A DNA stretch of 64,000 nt, taken from positions 124,560,001 through 124,624,000 of the forward strand of contig NC_086097.1 of NCBI RefSeq assembly GCF_963921235.1, given 5' to 3'. The DNA is from Mobula hypostoma. Taxonomy: Eukaryota. Below, in pieces: positions 26,794-39,975 of the stretch; position 1 is the first letter of the stretch, and each line of letters opens with the position of its first letter. The notes below the pieces were generated by a model. The model saw nothing but the letters and a program-made list of their open reading frames with translations. It searched no databases and had not been told where the DNA came from. A program made the position numbers and the translations under genes.

Positions 26794-29700
26794 TGTTACA
26801 TACCCAGTAACTGGGTTGTCAAACCAGCGGAAATGGAACACTCGTTGGGTTCTGTGATTACTAGAAACTAATGAAGTTTTATTAACAAAAATAAGTAATA
26901 CAGTACACTAACTGCAAAGGTATAAATGTAACAGGTTAGTAATGGTAGTATACACATATACACAGAAATAGGGTAATAGGAATCAACCAAGCTCTATCAC
27001 AGTCCAAGGGTAAAATGATCAGTCTTAACGTGAAGCAGAGTTCAGTTCAGTCTAGTGTAGTTCGAAGTAATTGCTGTTGTTGTACTGTTGGAGAGAGAGA
27101 GAGAGTGAGAGATACAGTTGAGGTTTCAGGCAAACCTTTTGATGCCTTCTGATCCCGCTGTGGTCACCAACTGTCACCCCTCCGTTCCGGATGTGACCGT
27201 TCTTCCGTGGTGAACCCGGCACCCAGGCAAGGGTGGACACACAACAGGTCCCCACCGGTCGTACCTTTACACCCTGTGAGCCTCTGGCCAATTCCCACAA
27301 ATCAGTCCTCCAAACTCCCACCAACTTGTGGGGCACAATGCTCTTTCCAGGGTCTCATGGCGTGTGTGTTGTGCCTTAGCAAACCCGCTATTTTTATCCC
27401 CCTGATGGGATATCACCTGTCCATCAAACTTCACACTTCCTATTGTCTCAGCAGGATTGTTAATGAACAGTTCAGGTTCAAAGCAAACTGTCTGTGGCAA
27501 ACGCCAACATACTGAATTATGTGTCTCTCTCTTGTTATCTCTCTCTTCCCTCTGATTAGCATTTTGAATGGCTCTCCATTGTCTCTCGTTATCTCTCTCA
27601 TTAAAATCATTCATTCTGCAGCTCTGCTTGGCTTCACACGACACCCCCACCCTTAAAAGAATTTTTACCAGGGGTAAAAATTACGGGCATGAGTGCACAT
27701 TATAAAATACACACTAATATACAGGCAGTCATCAGCTATTCGGCTAATACAGAGAACTTTAAATTTTAACACCTGGACAGACAATCAGCAATTACATTGT
27801 CGGTTCCTTTTACATATTTTATCTTTATATCAAATTCCTGTAATACCAGACTCCAACTTAACAAGCATTTGTTTTTATCCTTCATTGTGCTCAAAAACAC
27901 TAATGGATTGTGATCAGTGTAAATTATCAGTGGTTTCCGTGCCGGACAAGTATAAACCTCAAAACGTTGTAATGCCAAAATGATTGTCAGTAATTCCTTT
28001 TCCACAGTGGAATAATTTCTCTGATGGACATTAAACTTCTTAGAAAAATAAGCCACTGGGTGGTCAATCTCCTCTTTGTCTGTCTGCAACAGCACCGCCC
28101 CTGTTGCTTCGCCGCTAGCATCTGTTGCTAGGGAGAAGGGTTTTGAAAAGTCAGGCACACTCAGTACAGGTTGGTGACACAGAATCGCCTTCAGACTCTC
28201 GAAGGCTTGTTGATAAAGGTCGTTCCACACAAACTTCTCATTCTTCGGCAAGAGCTTAGTAAGAGGGAGGGTAATATCCGCAAAGTTTTTACAAAACTTC
28301 CGATAGTACCTCACCATCCCCAAAAACCTTCTCAGGGCCCTCTTGTCCATTGGGATGGGAACTTCAGAGATAGCCTGCATCGGTGCCAGCTGCCCCTGTC
28401 CTACTACATACCCCAGATATGTGACCTTAGCGTGGCCAAACTCACTTTTCACGAGGTTCACTGTCAGGTTGGCTTCAGGCAGCCACTTAAACAGTTCCTC
28501 TACTGCCACAATGTGCTCCTCCCACGTGTCACTCCAGACCACCAAATCGTCAATATACGCTTCTGCGTTCTTTAACCCTTTTATCATTGAATTAATCATC
28601 CTTTGGAAGGTCCCTGGGGCGTTCTTCATGCCAAATCGTAAAACATTATACTCGCATAACCCGGATGGAGTGGCAAATGCTGAGATTTCTCTAACCCGGT
28701 CAGTTGAAAGAACACACCAGTACCCTTTCAGCAAATCGATCTTTGTGATGTACTTAGCCCTCCCCACTTCATCGATGCAATCGTCTACCCTTGGGATGGC
28801 GTAAACATTAGTTTTTGTGATGGTGTTCACCTTTCTGTAATCTGTACAGAATCATATGTTCCCATAGGGTTTCAGGATAACCACACAGGGAGAGGCCCAT
28901 TCCGATTTGGATGGCCTAATAATACCTGTGGCTAGCATGTGTTCAATTTCTTTCTCCACTAGCTTGCCCTTCTCCAAGTTCATCCTATAGGGGTGTTGCT
29001 TAATAGGCTGATCTGACGTAACAATAACATCATGTACCGTCCCCTTGCATCGCCTCGGGACATCTGGACATATATCGGCATGCCGGTTAATTAGCTTTAT
29101 CAGCGGCTCGCTCTGCTTAGGGGTTAAGTGAGAGACCTTATCAGCAAAGTTGGCCAAAACCATAGAGTTCTCCAATCTGGTTGGCACCATGTTTATCTTT
29201 TCAAGACGTGTTTTTCCCTTATCATTTGGCGCCACATCCTCATTCATTTTTGTGATAGCACTGACTGGATCTGCTTCCTCATCATGGTAAGCTTTTAGCA
29301 TATTGATATGCACTAATTGTGTCGGCTTACGTCTGTCCGGCGTTTCGATAACATAATTCAAAGAGTCTATTTTTTTAATCACTTCGTACGGACTGTGGAA
29401 TCTCACCTGTAGGGGGTTGGTTACCACTGGAAACAGAGCTAAGACCCTATCGCCCACTTGAAACACTTGCTCTCGGGCTCGTCTATCATACCACTGTTTC
29501 ATTTTTGTTTGGTAGTCTCGTAGATTTTCTTTGGCAAGGTCACAGATCCTTTTAAGCCTCTCACGAAATTTTAAAACATAATCAATCACATTGACTTGTA
29601 CTGTCGGGCTGGACCATTGCTCTTTCAGTAAGGTCAGAGGTCCTCTGGGCCTATGACCGAAGACGAGCTTGAATGGGCTGAACCCCAATGACTCCTGAAC

Positions 29701-32378
29701 CGCGTCCCTTACGGCAAATAACAAGAGAGGCAAGGCATCATCCCAGTCTCTAGCGTTCTCTTGACAATAAGTTTTAATCATGATCTTTAACGTTGCGTGG
29801 AATCTCTCCAACGCCCCTTGAGACTCTGGGTGGTACACGGAGGCCAAAATCTGCTTTGCTCCCATCTCATCCAACATCCGTCGGAATGTGTGAGATCTGA
29901 AGACACTCCCCTGATCTGACTGAATTTCCCTTGGCAACCCCACCGTAGTGAAAAATTTCACAAGTGCCTTTACCACTGCGGGAGCCTTGACACTTGCCAG
30001 GGGCACAGCCTCCGGAAACCTGGTGGCAGCACACATCATAGTCATCACATACTCTTGCCCACTCGCAGTTCTGGGCAGGGGACCGACAAAATCCACAATT
30101 ATTCGGGAAAAAGGTTCCCCAAAAGCGGGTATCGGTTGAAGGGGCGCTTTAGGCAGGACCTGGTTCGGCTTACCTACCACCTGACAGGTGTGACACGATC
30201 TACAATACTCAATAATATCCTTCCTCATGTTTGGCCAGTGAAACTCTTTCATAATTCTATCGACTGTTCTCCTCACCCCAAAATGTCCACCGAGGGGTAT
30301 CTTGTGGGCGAGGTTAAAAATCTCGTCCCTATAAATTTTCCACACTACCACCTGGTGTACCACCCCCGACTCCTCATCTGCGGGCACGGTACTTGGTCTC
30401 CACTTCCTCACCAGTACTCGCTCCTTCATATAATAGCCCACTGAATCCCTTTTTATTTCTGCTTCAGAGAGAGCTGTCTCCATCAAAACCATCAGCTCCT
30501 CGTCTCGTTCCTGTGCCTTTATAAATTCCTTCCTCGCTAATGTTAGATCTACCTCAACTCCCTCACTTCCTTCCACTCCACTATGCTCCTTCTTCTCACT
30601 TTCTAACCCCTCCTGGTACAAGTCTGGTAAAAACGTCTCAGCTAAATCCACATTCGCTTCGGCAGCCTTTCTCGACATGCGTCGAGTTACTGCGCAAGCA
30701 GGATAAACCTGTGAATCCATGGGCAGGTCCTCAGTCCTGGCAGGCTTGCTCATCAGCTTTACTGCTGGGTACACATCTCCACCTGCAAGGTCGTTACCGA
30801 GTAAGACCTCCACGTCTTCCATCGGTAATTCGGACCTCACCCCTATCATGACCGGTCCGGAGACCAAGTCACTTTTCAGGTATATCTGGTGCAAAGGTAC
30901 TGCTTCAGTCCCCTTCCCAATGCCTTTTATCACACTGACCTCCCCAATCTCGGTCTCTGCACTGAATTCTAACACCCTCCTTAAGATCAATGATTGACAA
31001 GCCCCAGTGTCTCTCTAGATCCGTACTGGAGCTGGGGTTGACCCCTCCTTCACCGACACCAATCTGGCTGAAGTAAACTTCTCGCGCCCTTCCTGAACTC
31101 TATCAGACCTCTTCTTCCCTAGCGGTTTGTTTGCCAGCTCAATACAGCCAGTCGGAGTTGTTGTTTTTCCTTTCCACGTCTCCTTCTTTGGGGCAAAACA
31201 CCTGGACGCAATGTGACCGCCTTCCCACAATTATAGCATACGAAATCAGGAGACTTCCTACCAAACTGCTTCCCATCTTCCTTATCCTTCTCACTAGTCC
31301 CCGGCTTACTTTCTGGCTTAGCCGGCAGACTTTCTCCACCCTCTCGACTACCCTTCTGGTAGGTCTTACTCGGGGTAAACTTTGCTTTGTGTGTTAACTC
31401 GTACTCATCTGCTAACTTAGCACTCGCAGCTAAGGTTTCTGCCTCCTTCTCATCTAGATAGAGCCTCATACCTTCATGGACACAACCTTCAAATTGCTTG
31501 ATCAGTATTAGCTGTAGCAGTTTGTCATAATCCCCTGTGACCCCTTTCGAGGCACACCAACACTCACCATACATTTGCATCTCACTGGCAAACTCTAAAT
31601 ACGTGTGGCCCCACTGCTTCTTCGCATTCTGGAACCTCTGCCGGTATGCCTCCAGGACCCACTCATAAATCCTGAGTATAGCCTCTTTTACCACATCATA
31701 CCTCTGTGCATCTTCTGCTGACAACGCTGAGTAAGCTTGCTGAGCCTTCCCCTTAAGCACGCTCTGGAGTAGAACAGCCCACTTATCCCTCGGCCAGTCC
31801 TGACTTGCAGCGACTTTTTCGAAATGTAGAACGTACCAATCAACATCAGCCTCCTCAAATGGGGGAACCAACCTAACCTCCTGGGTTGCCCTGAACCTTC
31901 CACCTTGGTCCGGCATTTGGCCCCCCTCACGTTATCTTTAACTTCTCCAGCTCAAACTCCCTTTCCTTCTCTTTCCTCCCTTTCTAGCTGCTTCTCTCTC
32001 TCTTCCCGTTCTAGCTGCTTTTCTCTCTCTTCCCTTTCTAGCTGCTTTACTCGGAACTCATGCTCGAGCCTTAATCTTTCCATCTGCAGCAGCACTGCCT
32101 CCCCACCAGGTTTGCTCATAGACACCACCTCCAGCTCCCTGTGGGGAAACACATCTTTAGATACATAATACTCAATGATGGCTCAATGAAATTCCTCAAT
32201 CTCCATTTCTGCTGTTTGCCCTTTTTTTTTATATTTGGGAATTTCGGGGGGGGGAGAGAGAGGGGGGGGGAGAGAGGGGGGGAGAGAGGGGGGGAGAGAG
32301 GGGGGGAGAGAGGGGGGGGGGGGGGGGGGGGAGAGGGGGGGGGGAGGGGGGGGGGGGAGGGGGGGGGGAGAGGGGGGG

Positions 32379-32409
<31 letters not shown>

Positions 32410-33134
32410 AGAGGGGGGGGAGGGGGAGGGGGGGGGAGAGAGGGGGGGGGAGGGGGGAGGGGGGGGGGGGAGGGGGGGGGAGGGGGGGGAGGGGGGGGGG
32501 GGAGGAGGGGGGGGGGGGGGAGGGGGGGAGGGGGGGGGGGGGGGGGGGGGGGGGGAGGGGGGGGGGGGGAGGGGGGAGGGGGGGGGGGGGAGAGAGAGGA
32601 GAGAGATACAGTTGAGATTTCAGGCAAACCTTTCGATGCCTTATGATCCCACTGTGGTCACCGACTGTGACCCCTCCGTTCCGGATGCAACCGTTCTTCC
32701 GTGGTGAACCCGGCACCCAGTGAAGGGTGGACACACAACAGGTCCCCACCGGTCGTACCTTTACACCCTGTGAGCCTCTGGCCAATTCCCACGAATCGGT
32801 CCTCCAAACTCTCACCAACTTGTGGGGCACAATGCTCTTTCCACGGTCTCATGGCATGTGTTGTGCCTTAGCAAACCCGCTATTTTTATCCCCCGATGGG
32901 GTATCACCTGTCCATCAAACTTCACACTTGCTATTGTCTCAGCAGGATTGTTAATGAACAGTTCAAGTTCAAGGCAAACTGTCTGTGGCAGATGCCAACA
33001 TACTGAATTATGTGTCTCTCTCTCATTATCTCTCTTCTCTCTTATTAGCATTTTGAATGGCTCTCCGTTGTCTCTCGTTATCTCTCTCATTAACATCATC
33101 TGTTCTGCAGCTCTGCTTGGCTTCACACATGACA
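26794..33134 (-). mobile_element. Gmr1-like Gypsy LTR retrotransposon (gag-PR-IN-RT-RH), near full length, frameshifted
   Basis: 3' LTR 26794-27643 with adjacent PPT; partial 5' LTR ~32591-33134; gag 31119-32152; integrase HHCC and core in ORF 28852-30990 precede RT (YIDD)/RNaseH in ORF 27766-28830. Confidence 0.95.
32246..32600. repeat. G-rich purine-only low-complexity tract
   Basis: ~350 nt of only G and A. Confidence 0.9.
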
Positions 33135-33747
33135 CTGTGCTTACAAAGAATGTTGCTTCTTGGTTATATTTTAAACATTTTATCCAGGCGAAGTTGTTTC
33201 ATGTGTTTTGATCTCTCCCTGTGTAATTTTTCTTGCATCAAATAAAAATTCATTAGCTCTTGTTCTGTGACAAAGGTACATTTCTCTAACCCTTTGATTA
33301 AATTACCCAACAACTCAATAAACTTGTCAATAATAAATCTTTCACTGCCATCTTCATCACCTGCAGTGTTTTTATCAGCATTCAGAACACTGTCTATCAT
33401 TTCTGATTTCCCAGTCCGTAAGGTGATGCACAACAGGTGTTTCATCATTGGCAATCATCCACTCACGTAGATCTTCTTCATTAAGACTACCTGCTATATA
33501 CCTTTGAAAGCAGGTCCTATAACACTTTTTGCATACGCAAGCAAATCATGAACAACTGCTTTCTCCTTCGGTACACAAATTCCCGTAAAATCATCATCAA
33601 GCTTTCCTTCAGGCACATCATCAAACACCAAGGCAGGCCACAACTTATACCAGCCATTCTTTAGTGTTGAAGGTTCTACCGGTTATTCCTCCCTCCCTCA
33701 GTGGTAATCCAGCCACTATTATTTGTGCAATATGTTACGGGGTGTGT

Positions 33748-34022
33748 TGGCTCGTGACCAAGTGGTTAAGGCGTTCGTCTGGCTGGCTGAGGCAGCGTGT
33801 TGTGTCCTTGAGCAAGGCCACACATTGCTCTGCGACGACACTGATGCCAAGCTGTATGGGTCCTAATGCCCTTCCCTTGGACAACATCGGTGGCGTGGAG
33901 AGGGGAGACTTGCAGCACGGGAAACTGCTGGTCTTCCATATAACCTTGCCCAGGCCTGCACCCTGGAAACCTTCCAAAGCGCAAATCCATGGTCTCTCAA
34001 GACTAACGGATGCCTATAAATA
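33748..34022 (+). mobile_element. tRNA-derived SINE inserted in the Tigger
   Basis: A-box-like tgaccaagtggttaagg; gtgtccttgagcaagg core; AT-rich tail. Confidence 0.6.
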
Positions 34023-34864
34023 AAATGTTACAAGGCAAATTTAAACACCTTTCAAGGCCCTAGGGCATTGATTTTTTCCAATCACTAGTGGTTTACATCT
34101 TTGAGTTACTGCTGCATTGGTAACTCTGTCCTTAAATTGTTTGAATTCTGTGGGATCTTCCTAGTCTTCTGTTGTTAATGTTTTCCTTGCAAGTTTCATC
34201 TGTATTATACCGTTGCTCAGGACCGAGGTTTTCATCAGCTATGAGCTTCACAAATGTATGCATGTACTCGGTAGCTCCTTCACGGTTTGCAGACAGGTTT
34301 TCTCCACACACTTTAAGCATGGCAATTCCATGGCACTTTTTAAACCTCTGAAGTCATCTTCCACTAGAGTCACACTCACGTTCTCATTTAAGTTCTTTAT
34401 GGAACAACTTAGCTTGGTTCATTATCATATTGCCCGACAAGTCGACTCCATCACTCCGATGCTGATGAAACCATTCAATCATTACTTGATCATGCTCAAT
34501 GCTCTTAGCAACTTTCATAGTTTTTCTAATGCTCATTTGCTTCAGCGAATCACTGTTTGCATCGAGTTACAAATACTTTTCTCTTTGGTGCTGTATATCA
34601 CACTCAATTGATAAACCAATGCCATACAAGTCACATCGCTTATGCGCAGAAATATCTTGGTTTTTTTCAAACAGTTCAACCTTCTCTTGAATCGATATGG
34701 ACTGATGTTTACATTTGACACCACCACTGGTACTTGCACTTACCTTAGAAGCCATAGCTAGGGTTAAATTTACCTAAAATAGACAAAAATAAGCACAAAA
34801 TATTGTGTTTCCCACCCAATAAATGCAATGAAAATAATAAAAATAGCGTGCTTTTGTCAAAATG

Positions 34865-35200
34865 ACACTTTTCGTCCCTCTTCCCTCCTGGAGAAGGTTC
34901 AGGAGCTTGAAGACTCGTATGGCCAGATTTGGGAACAGCTTCTTTCCAACTGTGATAAGACTGCTGAACGGATCCTGACCCGAATCTGGGCTGTACCCTC
35001 CAAATATACGGATCTGCCTCACAGTTTTTCTGCACTACCTTACTTTCCATTTTTCTATTTTCTATTTATGATTTATAATTTAAATTTTGAATATTTACCA
35101 ATGATTTGTACTCCAGGGAGCGGGAAGCACAGAATCAAATATCACTGTAATGATTGTACGTTCTAGTATCAATTGTTTGGCGACAATAAAGTTATAAAGT
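34865..35200 (+). mobile_element. Rex/Babar LINE 3' end (related copy at 46142-46432)
   Basis: Shared sequence gatttggg..cagcttct...ggcgacaataaagt in both copies; LPSWRRFRS...FGNSFFP coding remnant. Confidence 0.75.
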
Positions 35201-35328
35201 ATCAAATGAGTCTTGCCATAGATGGCACTGCATGAGCTACACAGAGTGCCATCTGGTGGCCACTAGTAAACTACGTCTCTGAATTTCATCCGAATTGAAA
35301 GACTTCTGGAAAATCAGTAGTTAACCTG

Positions 35329-35610
35329 TACAAACTGAAGCCCCTTAAGATATCCAACTAAGAACTTGTACTGGAGAGAAGATAACTTCTGTGGGAATGA
35401 CATTTGTGACAGTGACGTACAACAACCAACAAGTCACATTTAGTTTGCATGTGATAAAAACAAGAGGACCAGCATTGTGGGGGTGTGATTGGCTGAGGCA
35501 ACTACACTAGATTGGAGATCCATCCACCACTTGCGTGTCACATCCCCCGGAATGAAGCCATGTGAAAGGGAATAATGAAAGGTTCTGGATGATGCCACAG
35601 TTGTCTCCAT
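35329..35610 (+). mobile_element. Continuation of the Mag-type Gypsy protease region
   Basis: QLRTCTGEKITSVG...GPALWGCDWLRQLHLDW resumes immediately after the Tigger TA. Confidence 0.8.
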
Positions 35611-36334
35611 GTCGAACACCATGAACCGTTGCCCAACAGAGGACTAACAGGTGTTGGTGCTAACCTCTGTGCCTCTGGCTAGAAGTCAGGTTGAACCACA
35701 GAAGGACCATGCTGCTCAGAGGAATCATGAATGTAATGAAACAGTGGTTCAACTACAAAAGCATTTGTAGGCAACATATCTGAGGAAGCTTCTGGTATGT
35801 TAATCAGGCAGTTACTTGTGAAATCTGGCTTATAGCTGGAAGAGAGTTCAAGAAGCTTCAGTAAAGTTGCAAGCATTCAGCTCTTGTGAGTATAAAAAAC
35901 CAGAATCTACTTTGTGTGCATTAAGGTTATTGCATGAACTTCAAGTGGGAGACAAAATTCTGAATAAATGGAAGGGCAAAAAGAAAGGAGTCAACAGAAA
36001 TGTGCAAACAGATGATTCACCAGATGATGCTGTGGGTGAGGAACCCAAAATGAAAGATCAGATCATAAAGGGAGCAATTGAAGGATTAGTAAGAGAATAG
36101 TCCAGTGAACTAAATGCACCTTCCCAAGATCAAGATGCACAAACTAGAAGATGGAGAGAAGGAATGTGAGAAAGAAAAAGAAATGGATCAAAGTAGATCC
36201 AGAGAGAGAAAAGGAGACAAAAAGCTGACTGGCCCGAGCTGCCTCGAGTCGGAAGTCTCTCAATTTTATTCCCAGTCCGGGGATGCAAGAGCAAAACTCT
36301 AGGCTGTCACTGTGCTGCTGGGGTTACCTTCAAC

Positions 36335-36702
36335 ACTCAGTCACCACCTTATTAGGTACACTGATACACCTGATCTAAATAGCCAACCATGCAGCAGCAA
36401 CTCAATGTATTAAAGCAAGGAGACGTGGTCAAGAGGTTCAGGTGTTGTCCAGACCAAACAGAATGGGAAACATATGTCATCTAAGTGACTTTGACAATGG
36501 AATAATTGTTGGTGCAAGATGGGGTAGTTTGAGTAGCACAGAATCTGTTGATCTCCTGGGATTTTCAAACACAATCATCTTTAGAGTTTACAGAGAATGG
36601 TACAAAAAACATCTAGTTATCGAGAGAGTTAAACCTTCAAGTGGACGGGCTACAGCAAGAGAAGACCACAAACACACACACAGTGGCCACTTTATTAGGT
36701 AG
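36335..36702 (+). mobile_element. Tc1-like transposon remnant (related copy ~40320-40735)
   Basis: LSDFDNGIIVGARWG...LLGFS...RVYREW HTH; cagtggccactttattaggta terminal motif. Confidence 0.8.
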
Positions 36703-37142
36703 AGAACGTATAGCTCAGTGGCATTATTTTGAAAAAGGCCTAATCTAAGACGTCTGATCAATATTTAACCCCAGCTCAATCTTTCCTAGTTAAGGTTGAT
36801 AGATTCCTGATTGGTAAGGGCAACAACATGCACTCAAAGACATTTTAGTGGGTACCTCCTGTATCACACTACTGAATGTATGTTTGTGGGCTTCTGCTGC
36901 TGTAGCCCATTCCCAACCACTTAATATTCCAGAAATTAGCTGTGAGCTGTGCAGTTGTCTGCAGCTTTTGCCCCAACCATTTTACTTGGAAGAGTGACTA
37001 ACCACAGTTTTCACACTCTCAGTTACCAGCCAGCCTTCAGTATCATCCTACGGGTATTTCCCAGGCCACCCAATGCACATGCTGACCTGTAGCTTTGCTA
37101 ATAACGTCACTTAATGGCTATTTCTTCACCCAATATGCCGAG

Positions 37143-37545
37143 CTAACATAGAACAGTACAGCACAGTACAGGCCCTTCGACCCACGATGTTGTGCCATTT
37201 AACCTACTTTAAGATCAATCTAACCCCTGCGTCCAACTCCATTTTTTATCATCCATGTGCCTAACTAAGAAGTTCTTAAATGTCCCTAACGTAACTGCCT
37301 CAACCACTACCCCTGTCAAGGTTTTCCACGCACTCACCTCTCTATGTAAAAGGAAAGTACCTCTGACATCCCCCCTATACTTCCCTCCAAACACCTTAAA
37401 ATCATGCCCCCTTCTATTAGCCATTTCCACCCTGGGAAAAAGTCTCTGGCTGTCCTCTCGATCTATGCTTCTTATCATGTACATCTCTATCAGCTGCCCT
37501 TGCTCCAAAGGGAAAAGCCCCAGCTCACTAAACCTACCCTCTAGG
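37143..37545 (-). mobile_element. CR1 LINE 3' fragment
   Basis: RLFPRVEMANRRGHDFKVFGGKYRGDVRG. Confidence 0.85.
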
Positions 37546-38243
37546 CAGCTTCCTGATAAATTTACAGACATAGTAACTGATAGAAATCCTGCTTGAAGTT
37601 ATCTTCCCCTCAGGAGGTCTCACTCTCTATTTCAATGAACATCAAGTGTAATTCACCTCAGAGGAGGGAACTTTCCAACCTATTACATCAATAAAAGCTA
37701 ACTTGATTCAATGGAAAACCTTTGTTGTAATTCACAGCCATCCCCTGTAACCACTCGCCTTTCGAACTCAGCAAAGCATCAAAATGAAACATTGCCCCAA
37801 TTTAACACTGACATTGAGGAACTCTTGGGATTTGTAGTTGGGATTCTGGAAAACATTAATATAAGAAGCTGGAAATCTAAATCAACACAAACAAGATGCT
37901 GGAGGAACTGTGGGTCAGGCAGCATCTATGGAGGGAATAGAACAGTCCTGGTTTTGGGCTAAGACCCTTTATCAGGCCATGGGATGGTGGTGAGTGGGAT
38001 GTGTGGGGAAGTGGTGGGTGGGTGGGGTGGTGGAGAGAGTTCTAGAAACAACACCAGAGAATAATGGGTACTTTTTAGAATGGAGCTTGCTCAGAACCTC
38101 ACATCAGCCAAAGAACACACACACCTTTCAACCATCCTGCCTCAAGAACTTGCAGCTGCGGCTCTGGGTTTGTACTGAAAGAAGGCTACATCATGGACAT
38201 GAACCCTAGAGATTCTGCAGGTGCTGGAAGTGCAGAGCAACGC

Positions 38244-38977
38244 TGTCCTGTGGGGGGCGTGGCTTATTCTGATTGTCGAAAGTCACTCCCATTGTGATTG
38301 GTTAGTTTAGAAACTGCAGCTGCTTTTCCCATTGATTAGCTGCCTGGTATCCAGTTTCAAATATCCTGGGTATATAGAGAGCACGTGTGGGAGGTTCTCT
38401 CCCTTTTCTCTTGTTTAAGGCAAGTGGTGCACATAGCCATTAGGAAGGTATGCTCTGTGCCTGTCTTTAACTAAGTTTGTTGTTAACTGTCTATGCCTTA
38501 CAAGGCACGAAACGAAGACTGTGTGGCGCACCACTCCTCACACAGACAGTAGGTGGCCTTTGACTTACAAAGAGTTCATCCGCCCTTTGACAGGTTTTGT
38601 TTTTAGTCCTGCTGGGTGCCTACACACCCTCCTCCCTGGTTAACAGAAGTACACCAGGGGGTGTGCTGGTTGAGTCGCCGACAACCCGACCTGAGACAGG
38701 TAGTACTGGGCTACGTGATACCAGTAGCAAGGCAAGGCCCTGACCTCTCCTGTATTGTCCGATGCTGGCTGCCTAGGCCTGAGTCGACGTAGTAGTAGTA
38801 GTAGTTGTTAACTGTACAGATATTTGTTGAATATTCAATTTTTTAGTGTCTGTAACTCGGGGAACATGAATATTTGGTCGAACTTATATTGCTTGTAAAT
38901 AAATAATTAATATTCCTATTCACAGTCAATGTTTTCTGTCTCACTTGCCAGACCCACGAATCTGATTCAACTTTACA
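38244..38977 (+). mobile_element. Solo LTR inserted in a Penelope-derived short element
   Basis: TG...CA ends; GC/CCAAT boxes; tatata at ~38371; aataaa at ~38898; splits gagcaac|aacacaaggtgctgg. TSD not clear. Confidence 0.65.
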
Positions 38978-39389
38978 AACAAACACAAGGTGCTGGAGAA
39001 ACTCAGCAGGGCAGGCAGCATCTACGTAGAGGAATAAACTGTTGACGTTCGGGCCGAGATGTGTCCTGATGATGTCTACCCTCTTTTAAGTTCCATGGCA
39101 TCCACTCAGTGTAGAGCTCAGGGGTCTCTCAATATCCCTTCCAGAATAATATTTACTTTTCAACTATTAGATAGGCCACAATCACATTCTTGTTGTGGGA
39201 TCCTGCTGTATATGTACTTACTAACCAGATGCCTACATTGACCACACTTCATTGCAGTAAAGTTGTTTACTACATAAACACGTTCATCTTTAATAATTTA
39301 AGTACTCATCACTAAACCTCATTTAATTTATAAATGTCCTGCATGCCTGGAGAAAATTGATGAAAGCTTATTATTTATTATGATCAGTG

Positions 39390-39975
39390 TATAGGAGTGA
39401 GATAGGATTAGCTGGCTGACTGATGACACAACAACAGCCTTGTACTCAACATCACTAAAACCAAGGAATTAACTGTGGACTTTAGGAAGGGCAAGTCAAG
39501 GGAACATACACCAGCCCTCATCGAGGTATCAGCAATGGAAAGGGTGAGCAGTTTCAAGCTCCTGGGTGTCAACATCTCCGAAGATCTATCCTAGTCCCAA
39601 CATATTTATTCAATTACAAAGAAGGCATGTCAGTCGCTGTATTTCATTAGGAGTTTGAGGAGATTTGGTATGTCACCAAAGACTATCAAATTTCTACAGA
39701 CGTACCAGGGAGAGCGTTCTGTTTGGTTAGGTCACCATCTGGTATGGGGCACAAAAGTACAGAATCAGAAAAGGCCATAGAGTGTTATAAACTCAGCCAG
39801 CTCCATCGTGGGTACTAACCTCCCAACCATCAAGGACATCTTCAAGAGCAGTGCCTCGAGAAGGTGGCATCCATCATTAAGGTCCCTCATCGTCCAGGAC
39901 GTGCCCTCTTCTCATTGCTACCATCAGAGAGGAGGTACAAGAGCCTAAAGAAACACACTCAAGAGTTTTAAATAG
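39390..39975 (+). mobile_element. Rex1/Babar LINE RT C-terminal fragment
   Basis: LNITKTKELTVDFRK...ERVSSFKLLGVNISEDLS. Confidence 0.85.

Larger units (their letters stand above)
26626..35328 (-). mobile_element. Tigger/pogo DNA transposon (decayed transposase ~33164-34755) with nested inserts
   Basis: TA TSD; 23-bp TIRs caggttggccactgattttccag / ctggaaaatcagtagttaacctg; KHQSISIQEKVELFEK and KVCGENLSAN...YNTDET. Confidence 0.92.

Noticed and set aside
32141..32830. Poly-Gly and poly-Pro ORFs
   Set aside because: Translations of the G/A low-complexity tract and LTR.
33164..34755. TIGD/JRK-like host gene
   Set aside because: Fragmented frames inside TIRs with TA TSD; a decayed Tigger.
35640..36302. 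Charged, coding-like + strand frames after the Gypsy remnant
   Set aside because: Interrupted by stops, no recognisable motif; cannot be supported without a database search.
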